From the NCBI RefSeq assembly GCF_016432865.1, contig NC_067398.1, positions 701,716,001 to 701,780,000 on the forward strand: a DNA stretch of 64,000 nt, read 5' to 3'. A program made the translations under genes and the position numbers. A model generated the notes under the pieces. That model did no database searches and was not told the origin of the DNA. It was given only the letters and a program-made list of their open reading frames with translations. Below, in pieces: positions 12,721-23,994 of this stretch (its first letter is position 1; each line of letters starts with the position of its first letter). Origin of the DNA: Antechinus flavipes (taxonomy: Eukaryota).

Positions 12721-12830
12721 ATTCAAACCAAATTATTTGAAAAAAAAATAGTAAATATCTGCTGTGTGCCAATTACTGTGCTAGACATAGGCAATACAAA
12801 CACAAAAATGAAATAGTCCTACCTCATCTT
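12721..12830 (-). mobile_element. L2 3' end
   Basis: atctgctgtgtgccaattactgtgctagacataggcaatacaaacacaaaaatgaaatagtcc. Confidence 0.75.
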
Positions 12831-13199
12831 GCGATTAGCAAAATGACAACTTTTTTTTGTGAGTCCACTGAAAAAAACTCAGAAAAAATTATCAGAGACA
12901 GACTTGAGATAAATCCACAAGATAGACAGAAACAAATGCTAAAAACCTCTTAAAATACCAGTGATGAACTTAAATTCTTAGCAATTCCTTTCAATGTATT
13001 GAAAGTCAATTGAATTTTAATGTGACATGGATGCAGACCTGCTCACAATCCCTTCATTGCTTCTTAGGTACTCTATCCATCTTCTCATCCCTGGACACTG
13101 GGAATCTCAATGCAACTTTTTTTGCATTTTGGACTATTAGATCACTGCCAAGCCATACTGAATTCTTTTAGACCAAATGTCTTTTAGACATGGTTTTCT

Positions 13200-13390
13200 C
13201 ATCTTGTTAGACTGGCCTGGGAGTCAGGATATTCCGAGATCAAAGCCTGTTTCTAACCCTGAGCAAGTCACTTAATCTCTTTTTTCATTTGGAAAATGGG
13301 TTAACAATAGTACCTACTTCTCACAGTTAAGGTAACACTCAACATGACGTGCTTCACAAACTGTAGAGAGGAATATAAATGTTTATTATT
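13200..13390 (+). mobile_element. MIR SINE
   Basis: ctggcctgggagtcagga...ccctgagcaagtcacttaatctct...ggaaaatgggttaacaatagtacctac. Confidence 0.85.
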
Positions 13391-14227
13391 GTGAAAATTA
13401 TTTTTAACTTCAAACATAATAGGCATTTACATCTATTCCTATATTTTCTCCAGCTCATTTTAGCCCCATATTGTAGACTTTCCAAAATCTTTTGGAATTC
13501 GGATTGTAACTCTTATCAATCACAGTTAATCAAGAAACACATTTTTATTTTAGAAAAAATGACACTTTTACTCAAGAGTGTGTGCTTCTTTGGCTTCTTT
13601 GTGTATGCATGATATCAGATCTGGAAAATTACTTCCACTTGGGGATGGGAGAGAGGGAAAGTATCAGCAGTTAACTAGTTCTGATGAAAAGGGCAGAGAG
13701 TTACAGATAGAAAAGGTTCGAATGGCAAGGGCTGAGACTCTACAGAGAAGAGAAAGTAAAAAAGAATGTTCTCAAGCATACCCCTTTAGACAGCTGAGTC
13801 TAAGTGACACAATATATCAAACACAAACTTATGTAAAACAATGAGGTATCACTGAGCATGAGGTCTGATTTTCAAACACCAAATATCAAAGGCTGAGAGC
13901 TGACTACAGCACTGTGCCAAGCTGACTGGGCAGCTTTAGTGCTCGCATATGAATGCTTTCTTCTCTACCAGGAACTTTCAGTCACTTTTCAATAGGAGGA
14001 AAAAAAAATTCACCCTTTAAATTAAAATTTGCTCTTTTCCCTCACAAGACATTACCATATTGCTCCAATCAGCCCAAAGTTTAGTTTATTTTTTAAATTT
14101 GTATGACATTCTATTAATGTAGACATTAGTGATTTTTGTTTTGTTTACAGCTGAGGGCAGGAATGTCTGAAAAAAATTCCCATATGTGATTTGAAAATTC
14201 CAAGTGAACATTTTTTTAAGTGTTTGT

Positions 14228-14280
14228 GGGGGAGGGAGGGGAGGAGAGAAGGGGGAAGGGAGGGGGAGGGAGAGAAGGGA
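14228..14280 (+). repeat. G-rich purine low-complexity tract (G-quadruplex-capable)
   Basis: At least four GGG+ runs with short loops. Confidence 0.8.
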
Positions 14281-15294
14281 GAAAATACCAGCTTTACCTC
14301 ATAAGTGAAATCGGCCCATTTACTGAAGGAAATTCCAAGGCAAAACTGAACCAAGGCCAGCAGACCTCTAAGGGCAGTTTACTTGCCAACTTCTATTAAA
14401 CCTCATTTAGGAAGGATTACAGGCTACAATATATCTTTTCTATATCTCTGCTTCAATGGTGATTCCAATACAATGAGTATATAAACAGAAGATTTCGACA
14501 AATGTACTTATCATGACATATTTGGAACATGTTAAAAGAAGGGATTAGATACCTAAAAAGTTAGAGCTTTCTAATAAGACTATTGCAATATTTAATTGTA
14601 AAATCTTAAACCCATAAGATAGATGAAGTAAGATTGTAGGTAATTGGGTAAATGATATTCTATAGTAAATTTAAAAGACATAAAATAAAAGCAAAATGGT
14701 AATTCTAAAACATAGAAATGTCGAAGAATCGATTATTCAGTTACAGAATAAAGATCAGAATAAAGACTCAGATTTTGTGCCAACGCAGGGCGTGGCATTG
14801 CAGAGTTTTCCTCAATTACATAACAGCAGGATAGTAGCCATTTCCAAATCAATTGTGTCAGTGCCATGAGGTTTTCCAGAGAGCAATGGGTTTTGTTTTG
14901 CTTATAGTGTTGATTTAAGAATACAAGCAAAGAAACATCTTGTAGTAAATACTTAATAAAACTGACAGGAAAAGAACTAAAAAATATTTTACAACACATC
15001 TTGGTATATGTAAGCTAATAATACCTGACCTTCAGCCTTGCACTTGTCAGGAGTTTCAACTACCTATGACTAAACAAATAGTCACTATCTACTTCTGATG
15101 ACTTGGGCACAAATAATGTCAAAAATAATGTGGAAAATGGCAAAAATTACACAGTCTTGGAAAGAAAATGAAGCCCTAATCTAGCACCTAATAAACACTT
15201 GATAAATGTTTCTCAACTATCTTAGGGATATATGGTGCTTTCATCATCACTGACCATAAGAAAGCTGAGAATTCCTAAAATAGAAATCAATTAT

Positions 15295-15430
15295 ATTTGC
15301 AACTCAACAACTGGTTTAGGAGATGACATCAGAGAATGGGGTCTAGATTTCTGGGCTTAAACTGTAGGAATGAAGGCTTTTGACCAGTCCCAGAGCTGAT
15401 TTGACAAAGATAGGGATATGCTTGATTGAA
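15295..15430 (+). mobile_element. L3/CR1 ORF1 (esterase-like) remnant
   Basis: aacaactggtttaggagatgacatcagagaatggggtctagatttctgg resembles a decayed NNWLRRWC..EGFGFL motif of CR1 ORF1. Confidence 0.5.
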
Positions 15431-16529
15431 GTCACACAAATTAATCACAAAGATTTTAAGTGGAAATATCCACTAAGCTGGATGGCAAAAAATGGTTAAA
15501 ATACAGTAGGAAGAACAGACATAAAGATGTTTTTAGGTACATAGGAAACAAAAATCCAAGAAAGGAGCCATTACAAACAAAGGTTGTATTTTTTGTAATA
15601 AGTGGGCAAAACTTTTTTTTTTTTAATTAAGGTGTCACTGGTAATATCATTGGTGATCATTTTTTCCCCCAAATACTAAATGAGATCCATATTTTTATCT
15701 TTTTAAGAGCAAAGCAATAAAAAAAAATAAAATAAAATCCAAGAAACAAACAAAAAAAAGCCAGTACTTTTTTTTTGAAACAAAAAGTATGTTACGAATG
15801 GTAGCAAAAGATTAATCATGTCTTTGATAAAACTTCATCCACTTCATCCAAAGCAAGATTTTGATTTGTGTGAAAATGCAGTCAAGCAATTCTATTATAA
15901 CCATTTAGATGGAGTATGATGAAATATATTATCTCTACCAATGGTAAATAAAGGTAGCTAGATTCTTAATAGAGTCAAGATTTGAAACTTTTCCTTTGGA
16001 TTGATACATTCCCCTTAAGTCACTATGTGTAATTCAAGAAAAACAAAGACCTCTTGCATGAGTACCTGAGAACTGGCTTCCAACTCATTTTCTATTTTTA
16101 AGTATCTGTTCAACCTATACACACTGATAGATGAATCTAGGAGCTATAATATAGGAATAACAATCACAATAAGAACCTCCTAAATGGTACCCATAATTAA
16201 CTACTGTAATAGTCTGGACAAAAACATCCATTCCCCCCTCTTCTCTCCCTTCCCATCTCCCAAGTATGGATAAATTAGGTCCAAGTCTTTTGAATGACTA
16301 TGGATCTCTCTCAGGAGGCTCTGCAGTTCTCCACAGTTTGATGAAATAAACACATAGGAAAAGAAGCATATGGAAGACTTCCTCATTTATAAACAACTCT
16401 TTTACTTGGATTCTGTATTACCACTACTATTAAAACTACAAACACCTTTGATAAGCATATTATCTCCTTGTTTTCTCCCTGCTTGATATTAATGGCAAGA
16501 GGGACAAATAAAGTTATTTGATTGGAATA

Positions 16530-17120
16530 TCTTGCATAATTTTTATATATTCAGAGGGAATATCTTGTTGAAGGAAAACTTTTAAGGCAGCAGTTTGTTC
16601 TAATTAATGCAATATTTTTACATAGTCAACAAGCAATCATCACAATAGAAGTTTATATTTGATATACCTTTCCGTCAATTCTGTGATCCACTATAGAATA
16701 TCCCATGAAAACAGTTACTTAAATTAGTCTCATAAAAATCTTAAATAGAAGGGGGGGAAAAGGCAAACAAGTCAGGAGTCAGTGATGGTCTGCTTCCTAT
16801 AGTATCAATAAAGTTTTGACTATCTTCCCCTTTCCCAGATACCTTAAAAATTGGTCCCTCAATATCCTCAAAACTGTCACCTTTCTCTGTATATTTCCTC
16901 CTCTTTAGGGCCATTTCCACATCCTCTGGAAATCAATCTGAGATTGTTTGGATCCTATTTAGAGATCCTATAGTTATTAACAATGAAAATAATTGTTGCA
17001 TTTAAAAAAAAAATAAAAGCCGCAATCGATTTTTTCCATATTCCATCTTTGGTTTGTCATTCTTCCATTTTCATCATTAAATACATTTAAGATAAGTTTG
17101 TTTATCTGGATATCTAGAGA
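16530..17120 (-). mobile_element. RTE-clade LINE RT fragment
   Basis: The minus strand gives EDVEMALKR..YTE..GD (RTE EEVEMALK..GKAAGPD region with a deletion) and a decayed VDY.K.F motif (ttttacatagtcaacaa). Confidence 0.8.
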
Positions 17121-17199
17121 TACTCTGACATGACCAGGTTATTGGACTTGTAGTGAAGAAGACCCAACCCTACCTCAGATGTTATTACATCTTGTCATT

Positions 17200-17450
17200 T
17201 CTGTATACTCCTGTGCCTTCCCCAGTAACACCACCTCAGCTCTAGGTAAGTTCTGCATTCCTCCCACCCCCCTCACCACCACTGCATGGAATCCTGCCAC
17301 AGCTTATCCTCCTTCCTCAGATACATCCGTGTTTCTCTAAAGCAAAGGCCTCACAAGTGAACTCCAGTTCCTGGTCAGCGAGCTCCAGCAGTTCCCTATT
17401 ACCTATAGCATCAAATATGAACTCTACTTTCAAAATGCTTAATAAATGCT
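17200..17450 (+). mobile_element. L2 3' fragment
   Basis: gctccagcagttccctattacctatagcatcaaatat...tgcttaataaatgct. Confidence 0.65.
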
Positions 17451-18039
17451 CTCTGTGTCTCTACTTCCTTATTAGAAAAATAAGGATTGAAGGGGTCAGG
17501 AGCCCTCTTTGGCCTCTCTGGAACAATGATTTTCCTCTCCATTCCACCAACTTGTTTTATTATACTCATCTCATCCTCGGCCACATCACTGTTCCAGAAA
17601 CTTTCTATATTCAACTGGTATTACCATTGGTTGCCAAATCTCTACACTTGACAAATAAGTCAAATGTTTCTGAATTAGGCAAAATATAAGGTTGTTTTGA
17701 TCTTGAATAAGGCAACTTTTACTTCTTTTGTTCTCACTAAGATTTGTGTCCATTAAATCACCTTATGAGATTTTATACAGTTGACATCAATGTCATTTGC
17801 TTAAGTTTGGGGAAATACATAAACTAGGAAAGTGATCATTACATGATTATCATTATTATGAGGTATCATTAGCAAACATCCAGAAAAGAAAAATGATGAT
17901 CACCAGCCGGAAATAAACAAGCCTTCCAAATGCCAGAATGATCTGAGACGTGCTATGGCTGGGTAGATAGAGAACCAACTCCAAAGCCAGAAAGAACTAA
18001 GCCTACCTCTGAGCCAAACTGGCTTTCAATACTTTAAGC

Positions 18040-18720
18040 AATTGATGACCCATTTAGATGCAAGCTTTAGATACAGCTTTAAAAGAGTAGATAAAAGAAA
18101 TACTAAAGAAGTCATTTACAAGATGCTTGATAATCTTGTTAAACAGATATGTGGACTAGAGTATATTGGTTGGCCTGGACTGAAAGCTTGCCCCAAATTA
18201 TTTGTGAGTCAGTGTCACTTTGGAGGGAGATCTACAGTAATGTTACAGCCATGTTTACAAATAACTTGGTTAAAGGTAAAGATTACAGGCTATTTGAATT
18301 AGCAAATGACACAAAAGTGTGAAGAACAGCTAATACACTAGATGGTAGATTTTTTAAAATACTGCCAGGCTAGAACATAACATTAAATGGATTAAAATTA
18401 TATTGATTCCTACTTTCTAGTCTTATACTTGGATTTAAAAGAGACTTTCAGGAATAAAAGCCTGGGGAGCCCTGCTAGACAATAGTTCGCATAGATAAGA
18501 CCTAAGGGTTTTCACAGACAACAAGATTCCTGCATCAAAAGATTGACATTGTTATTGTGATCTTTAGCTATATCAAGAAAAGCAGATCTGTAAGAATAAA
18601 AGAGATGAGAGCCTTGCTATACTTTGCCCTGATCAGTATTATAAAACAGTCTCCCTTCAAGACTTCATTATACCATGGTACTTCTGTACAGAGTAGACAG
18701 TACTTGTTTTTAGACTTATA
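18040..18720 (+). mobile_element. L3/CR1 RT fragment
   Basis: gcaaatgacacaaaagtg (ADDTKL-like), ctaatacactagatg, tactttgccctgatcag. Confidence 0.8.
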
Positions 18721-18759
18721 TTTTAATCATATTGTTCAGTGTTCCTAATAACAAAAGAC

Positions 18760-18920
18760 AAGGATTGACTTCTATCTAAGGATTCCCGTGGGTTAAATTC
18801 CCTACTCTGACCCATACTGACTCTGTAATGTAGACAAGTCACCTCACCTCTTGGTACCCCATCCAACTCCACAGGACCCTAAATTAAACATCTGATTAGG
18901 AACAGGTAACTTCCAAGGTA
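18760..18920 (+). mobile_element. Mar1/MIR-type SINE
   Basis: gggttaaattccctactctgacccatactgactctgtaatgtagacaagtcacctcacctc. Confidence 0.7.
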
Positions 18921-20802
18921 GCTCTCTAAACCAAAGAAATCACAATTAAACCAAAATAATCCCTCCCCCTAACATATACATATATATAAAATCTCTCGTC
19001 ATTTTCTCTAAAGCAAAGCATTATTAAATTGCAAAACAGCATGCTCTAAAAACAGTTTAGTACAGAGACTACACTTGCAAATGATTAGCAAATCACAGGG
19101 GTTGTAGAGAGGTGAATATCGCTATATGAAATCTGGAATCTGTTACTGATCCAAATATTCCACTTCATCACAAGCTGAGTGAAGTATGTAAGGGCTATGC
19201 TCACCTCTGGTGGCCACTCTCCCAAAGAAAGAGCAACTGCCTGAGAACAGATCTTCATAATGCAGGGGCCCCAAGAGGGCTTTTCTCCTTTTTTAGGCTA
19301 AAAAAAAATGCTTTTCTCTTTGACAGAAATCAATGAATAGCCTCTTGAACACAGCAAGAAGACAAAGTCAGTTCTTTCTACAATGCCAGACCCTGCAGAA
19401 TCACAGAGCACCAACAAAAGTGTCACATTTCACACACTAGCACTAGATTTATTAGCTTTTTTTCATGCCTACAATAATCTGCACAACATCATTGCCTCCA
19501 ATGTATTATGTTTTACACAACATACTTAACAAACTAAGAAACCCCTTGCCACATTCCACAGCTGCTTCTGTTAGTGACAATATAGGAGTATTCAATGAGA
19601 AAGGAAAAATGAACAAGACCATTTTTACATTTCTGAGGCACATTTTGCTTTTATGAGTAATTTATAGACAGCTAAAAATTCATGTAAGAAATATGGATAG
19701 GGGGAAAAAATCTGCTGAGTTTAAAGAGCAAATTGTTCAAAAATACTCATTTTATGCCAACTGGAAAATAAATGCAAACTGTCATGGGAATAAATATTGA
19801 TATGATTTCTTCAAATTTCTGCATAACAGCTGAACTACAATGCCACATATCAGATTTATAAAGTGGAAAATTTGTCCCCACAGTTCTTTGCTAGTGAAGT
19901 AGAAAGATATTTCACTTGCCTTAATTTTTTTAGACTGAGTTTGTCACAACATTATTTTCTCTTGAAAATGGAATTTATGATGAAGTATTGCTTTGAAGTA
20001 GTTTTCAACTTTCTCATTTGAGTTAAAATATGAAGTTGAGAATGCTGAGAAATTGCATATTATATCAAAAGATCAGAATTAAAGCACATTCCTCAGCATG
20101 GCAAAACATGTGCTTTACATTAGGACTCTCAAGTCATATTTTTTCAGGAAGCTGCCCAAAATACAGTCAGATGGGCCACAAGTCAAACAATCCAATACTT
20201 CTTTTTAATGAATTCATTAAACCAAGCATCCCCTTTTGAGTTCAAGATTTTACTTTTTATTCCAGAACATGGTGGGGGAGGGGAGAAGGTATAACAACCT
20301 AAAATTGATTTTTTTGTAGTGAATGAAAATGTAAAGAGAGGAAATAAAAATAACAAAGTTGTCAGAGACTCAGACTAGCTAAGTCAGTGATAGCAAATTC
20401 AAATAGAAATGGATTTCATACATGCTCAGATTGGTTCAATCAGAAAAATACTTCAAACCTGGACCTCATTGAAAGCTGCCCAAGTATAATCATGGCCTTT
20501 AAAGAGCATTTCTCTGAGTTCAGAGAGCTTGTTAATGCTTTCAAGAATTATGCTGAGTAATATCAACTGTCTAATTTATCATGGGTCAAAAAGATGGACT
20601 CTGATTCGTTATATAACAAAAAGAATTCCACGTTATAAAAAGCCACACTTCATCAAGAAAGATAAGCTTGTTTTTCCCACCTCTTAAATACAAGTAAATT
20701 CTTTGGGACTGCATCTTTACTCCTGTGGTAATTAGCATAATGTCAGAAACTGTCAGGCACAAATTGATATTTTTACTCATGAGCTATTGGATCAACATGA
20801 AA

Positions 20803-20810
<8 letters not shown>

Positions 20811-20833
<23 letters not shown>
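20811..20833. repeat. (CA)n microsatellite
   Basis: Direct read. Confidence 0.95.
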
Positions 20834-20836
<3 letters not shown>

Positions 20837-21022
20837 TTTCCTGACTTAAACCCTAAATCCTTTTAGATGAAAATTAACCAATGGAAACTGAATGTCTATT
20901 GCAAATCAATACAGGAAATTGTTGGCATTATGATACCTAGATCACTTGAAAAAGTTAATTTTCATTTAAAAGAATACAGAAGTTGAGTAAAGGAGATGGG
21001 GGTGGGGAGGAGAATGAATACT

Positions 21023-21229
21023 CAGTTGACTTGTGTTTCACCTACCCACAACATTCACAACATTCCCAAGAACTCCCGAGTCTGATTAAATTTAATTGGG
21101 AAATATTAAGCAAAATAAATAAGACTACAATAACATTTAAATAGCATTACATTTTAAAACTAAGTCAATATGTAGCCTGCAGCGATTGTTATGTATGGAA
21201 TCTATTTCTATTTGAATTTGAAATCACTG
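21023..21229 (-). mobile_element. Non-autonomous hAT (Charlie-like) MITE
   Basis: attaaatttaattgggaaatatt...ctaagtcaatatgtagcctgcag...atttctatttgaatttgaaatcactg. The same family recurs at ~37935-38062. Confidence 0.75.
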
Positions 21230-21289
21230 CTTTAGCTAGTCTGAGCCTATGACAACTTCAATGTTATCTTTATTTCCTTTCTCTCCCCT

Positions 21290-21750
21290 TTCTACTTTCA
21301 ACACATTGCTTTTATACAGACCCATACCTTTAAAAAAAGGAGTCTCCTCTATCACACACTCATCAAGTAGTGAGCAGGATCTGACTGTTCTCCAATAAAG
21401 GAGGATCCCTCCATGTGTCCTCAGGTAGCCTATTATCTTGACTATATAATCATGTCTCTTGCTCCATATTCTAATTAGGCAATTGGTGGTTTGAACCCAA
21501 GTAAAGATTTTACATTTATTCCTAATAAATGTCATCTTATGCCAGTGATTCAGGCTCTAGCCTCTCAAGATTTTTTTGAATCCTTAATCTGTCATAAAAT
21601 GTGTTAATTCTGTCTCACAATTTTCTACTGTCTGGACATCTATAGAACACACTTCATCTATGCCTTTACCTACATTACTGACAAAAGTACAAAACAACCC
21701 CGGGGCAAGTCAGAAGACCCACGGTACACTCCACTGGAGATTTTCCAATA
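21290..21750 (-). mobile_element. L3/CR1 RT fragment
   Basis: gaacccaagtaaagattttacatttattcctaataaatgtcatc...ggtacactccactggag. Confidence 0.85.
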
Positions 21751-21979
21751 GAGGATCATAGGATCAGGAGTTAGAACTGGAAAAGTGCCCATTAGAGGCC
21801 AGTAAGTCTAACAATTATTATTACTGTCAAACAATCACTACTTCAGTCCAGCCATTCACTGGTTCAAAACCACCTAATTAATTGTATGATAGAATAGCTC
21901 CCTAAATCCTCATCTTTACAGTTTCTCATAATATTTGTCATGTAAAGTCTCAGCTATCTCCTCTTCTGCAAGCTTTTCA

Positions 21980-22170
21980 CAATCTCCTTGACTGTGAGCT
22001 TCTTGAAAGCAGGAACTGTCTTTTGCCTCCAGAGCTTAAGCAAAGTGACTGGCATATAGTAAGTGATTGACAAATGTATTAATGTAGAAGTGACTAATAA
22101 ATAAAGTGACTAAATAAATAAATACTAAGTGGCACGGGGCATGGTACATAATGAGCACTTAATATATTCA
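21980..22170 (+). mobile_element. L2 3' end(s)
   Basis: gactgtgagcttcttgaaagcaggaactgtc...gactggcatatagtaagtg. Confidence 0.8.
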
Positions 22171-22599
22171 TTAACAAAAATCCAGGTAAATTATATTTAC
22201 AACAGACCTTCACTTGATGATAAACCTATTACAAAAAGGGAAATAAATCTAGTATAAATAAGGTTAGACAAGTGTGTCATTGATGATGTCAAATTGGTTC
22301 CTTGAAAGTATGCTAGCTTTCTTTTTAAGATGTGCACTCAGTATCCTTTTAATGATAAGTTCAATAATTTTATGAAAATTCCAAGTTCTGTTGCCTAAAA
22401 TTGAATATTCCATTTTTCTTTAAAAAAAAAAAAAAACTTGCCCCATTCTTTAATTCTATAATATCTCTTCCACTTTCCAAGCTCTTAAAGATCCCTGACA
22501 ATGAACAATCACAGCAGTCAATTCTTCCTGGATCAAGTAGTTAGCTGCTCTCATTATATGCTTATAATTCTCTCAGAGCCATTGATGCCCTCACTATAT

Positions 22600-22785
22600 G
22601 ATCTGAAATAATCTCTTAATTGCCATATGCAATGATTTAATTCTCCAGGAGCACTGAAGCTTTTGTTGCTGTTGATCACCTTCTTATCTCTCTGCTTACC
22701 AGTCTATCTTCCATGAAGCTATCAAATTAATCTCCCTAAAGAGTGGGTACATAGTAGGCATTTAATAAATGTTTGTTGACTGATC
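22600..22785 (+). mobile_element. L2 fragment and 3' end
   Basis: gtacatagtaggcatttaataaatgtttgttgactga. Confidence 0.7.
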
Positions 22786-23354
22786 AAAAATACTAAATTA
22801 CTCTTACGTAAACATACAGTTACAAGTAAAGGAAAACATACTTATATGTGAGAAAAAAAGATTTTCAGAAACAGACTGAAATACAAAAAGCTTGCTGTTA
22901 ATTCTTCAACATAATTTTTAGTGCAATTAACCAGAAGTCCATTTTGTAATTATTCTTTATTATTTGTGATTTGACAAAGATTGACATAAAGAATACTTGG
23001 ATTATGTGTCCTTTAATTATATGGACTGCAAGCAGTATCATTAGGACAAAACATGTTAATTGGATGCTTACTCATGTATACATTGAAATTACCCAAGGCA
23101 AATGAACCTCGATGTGCAGGAACCCGGAGGTGTTTGAGATTATATTAATTTCTTAATTAAGCTTTTTTTCAAAACATTCGATTTCATCAACTGCAAATTT
23201 TCTAAATATGCTGTGAAAAAGTCTACCTTAAGATTTCAAGTTTGATTTTCTATGATGGTTCTGTTAATTCTATAGCTGAAACATGTATATCATCTAGATA
23301 TTAATACCCTTTATTTATTGATGAGAGAACTGAGGCTCTAAGAATTGAAAGGAA

Positions 23355-23480
23355 GGGGCGGCTAGGTGATGCAGTGGATATTGCAGCAGCCCTGAAGTCA
23401 GAAGAACATGAGCTCAAATCTAGCCTCAGACATCCTACCTTTGTGACCCTGGGCAAGTCAAGTGAAAGGATTTGCCCATA
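23355..23480 (+). mobile_element. WSINE1/Mar-type SINE
   Basis: ggggcggctaggtgatgcagtggata...gctcaaatctagcctcagaca...gtgaccctgggcaagtca. Confidence 0.9.
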
Positions 23481-23860
23481 AACATGCAGAAGGAGGGTTT
23501 CCCCTCTACAGATCTTCCCAATCCAGAAATTCACCACTCTTTTCCCCAATACTATACTGCATCTTTCAATATCACACAAAAAAGTCTGAGTATACTAAAA
23601 TATCATAATTGAATACAACTGATATAAGTAAGCATGGGGCTTAAAAAGCTCTGATTCCCATATGAACTAAGTTCACAAAGAAATAGTAACATCACATAGC
23701 ACTTTAAAATTTGACATGACAAATGTGAAATAAATCCTTGGTGACTTGGGGGATGGGGAGAAGGGTGTGTGTGTGAGAGAGAGACAGACAGATAGATAGA
23801 GACAGAAACACTTGTGGTTGTTTTAAAGTTGTAGCAGTTTAAAGTTTGAAAAAACAATTC

Positions 23861-23994
23861 NNNNNNNNNNNNNNNNNNNNNNNNNNNNNNNNNNNNNNNN
23901 NNNNNNNNNNNNNNNNNNNNNNNNNNNNNNNNNNNNNNNNNNNNNNNNNNNNNNNNNNNNNNNNNNNNNNNNNNNNNNNNNNNNNNNNNNNNNN
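23861..23994. other. Assembly gap (134 N)
   Basis: Run of N. Confidence 1.

Larger units (their letters stand above)
20340..21277. repeat. Long inverted repeat: arms 20340-20423 and 21191-21277, 767-bp spacer
   Basis: Hand alignment of the left arm to the reverse complement of the right arm gives 75/84 matches plus one 3-nt indel. Confidence 0.92.

Noticed and set aside
16843-16925. Apparent coding exon EDVEMALKRRKYTEKGDSFEDIEGPIFK
   Set aside because: It matches RTE reverse-transcriptase sequence and is collinear with the flanking RTE remnant, so it is not called as a host CDS.
17411-17614. Protein-looking 67-aa minus ORF
   Set aside because: It overlaps L2-derived sequence, has no valid start or splice context, and has stops on both sides.
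17893-17947. C-box (ATGATGA) and D-box (CTGA) pair
   Set aside because: Too short, with no terminal stem or C'/D' boxes, so it is not a snoRNA.
19203-19218. TGGCCACCAGAGG CTCF-like start (also at ~32282)
   Set aside because: Both diverge at the key GGC positions of the core.
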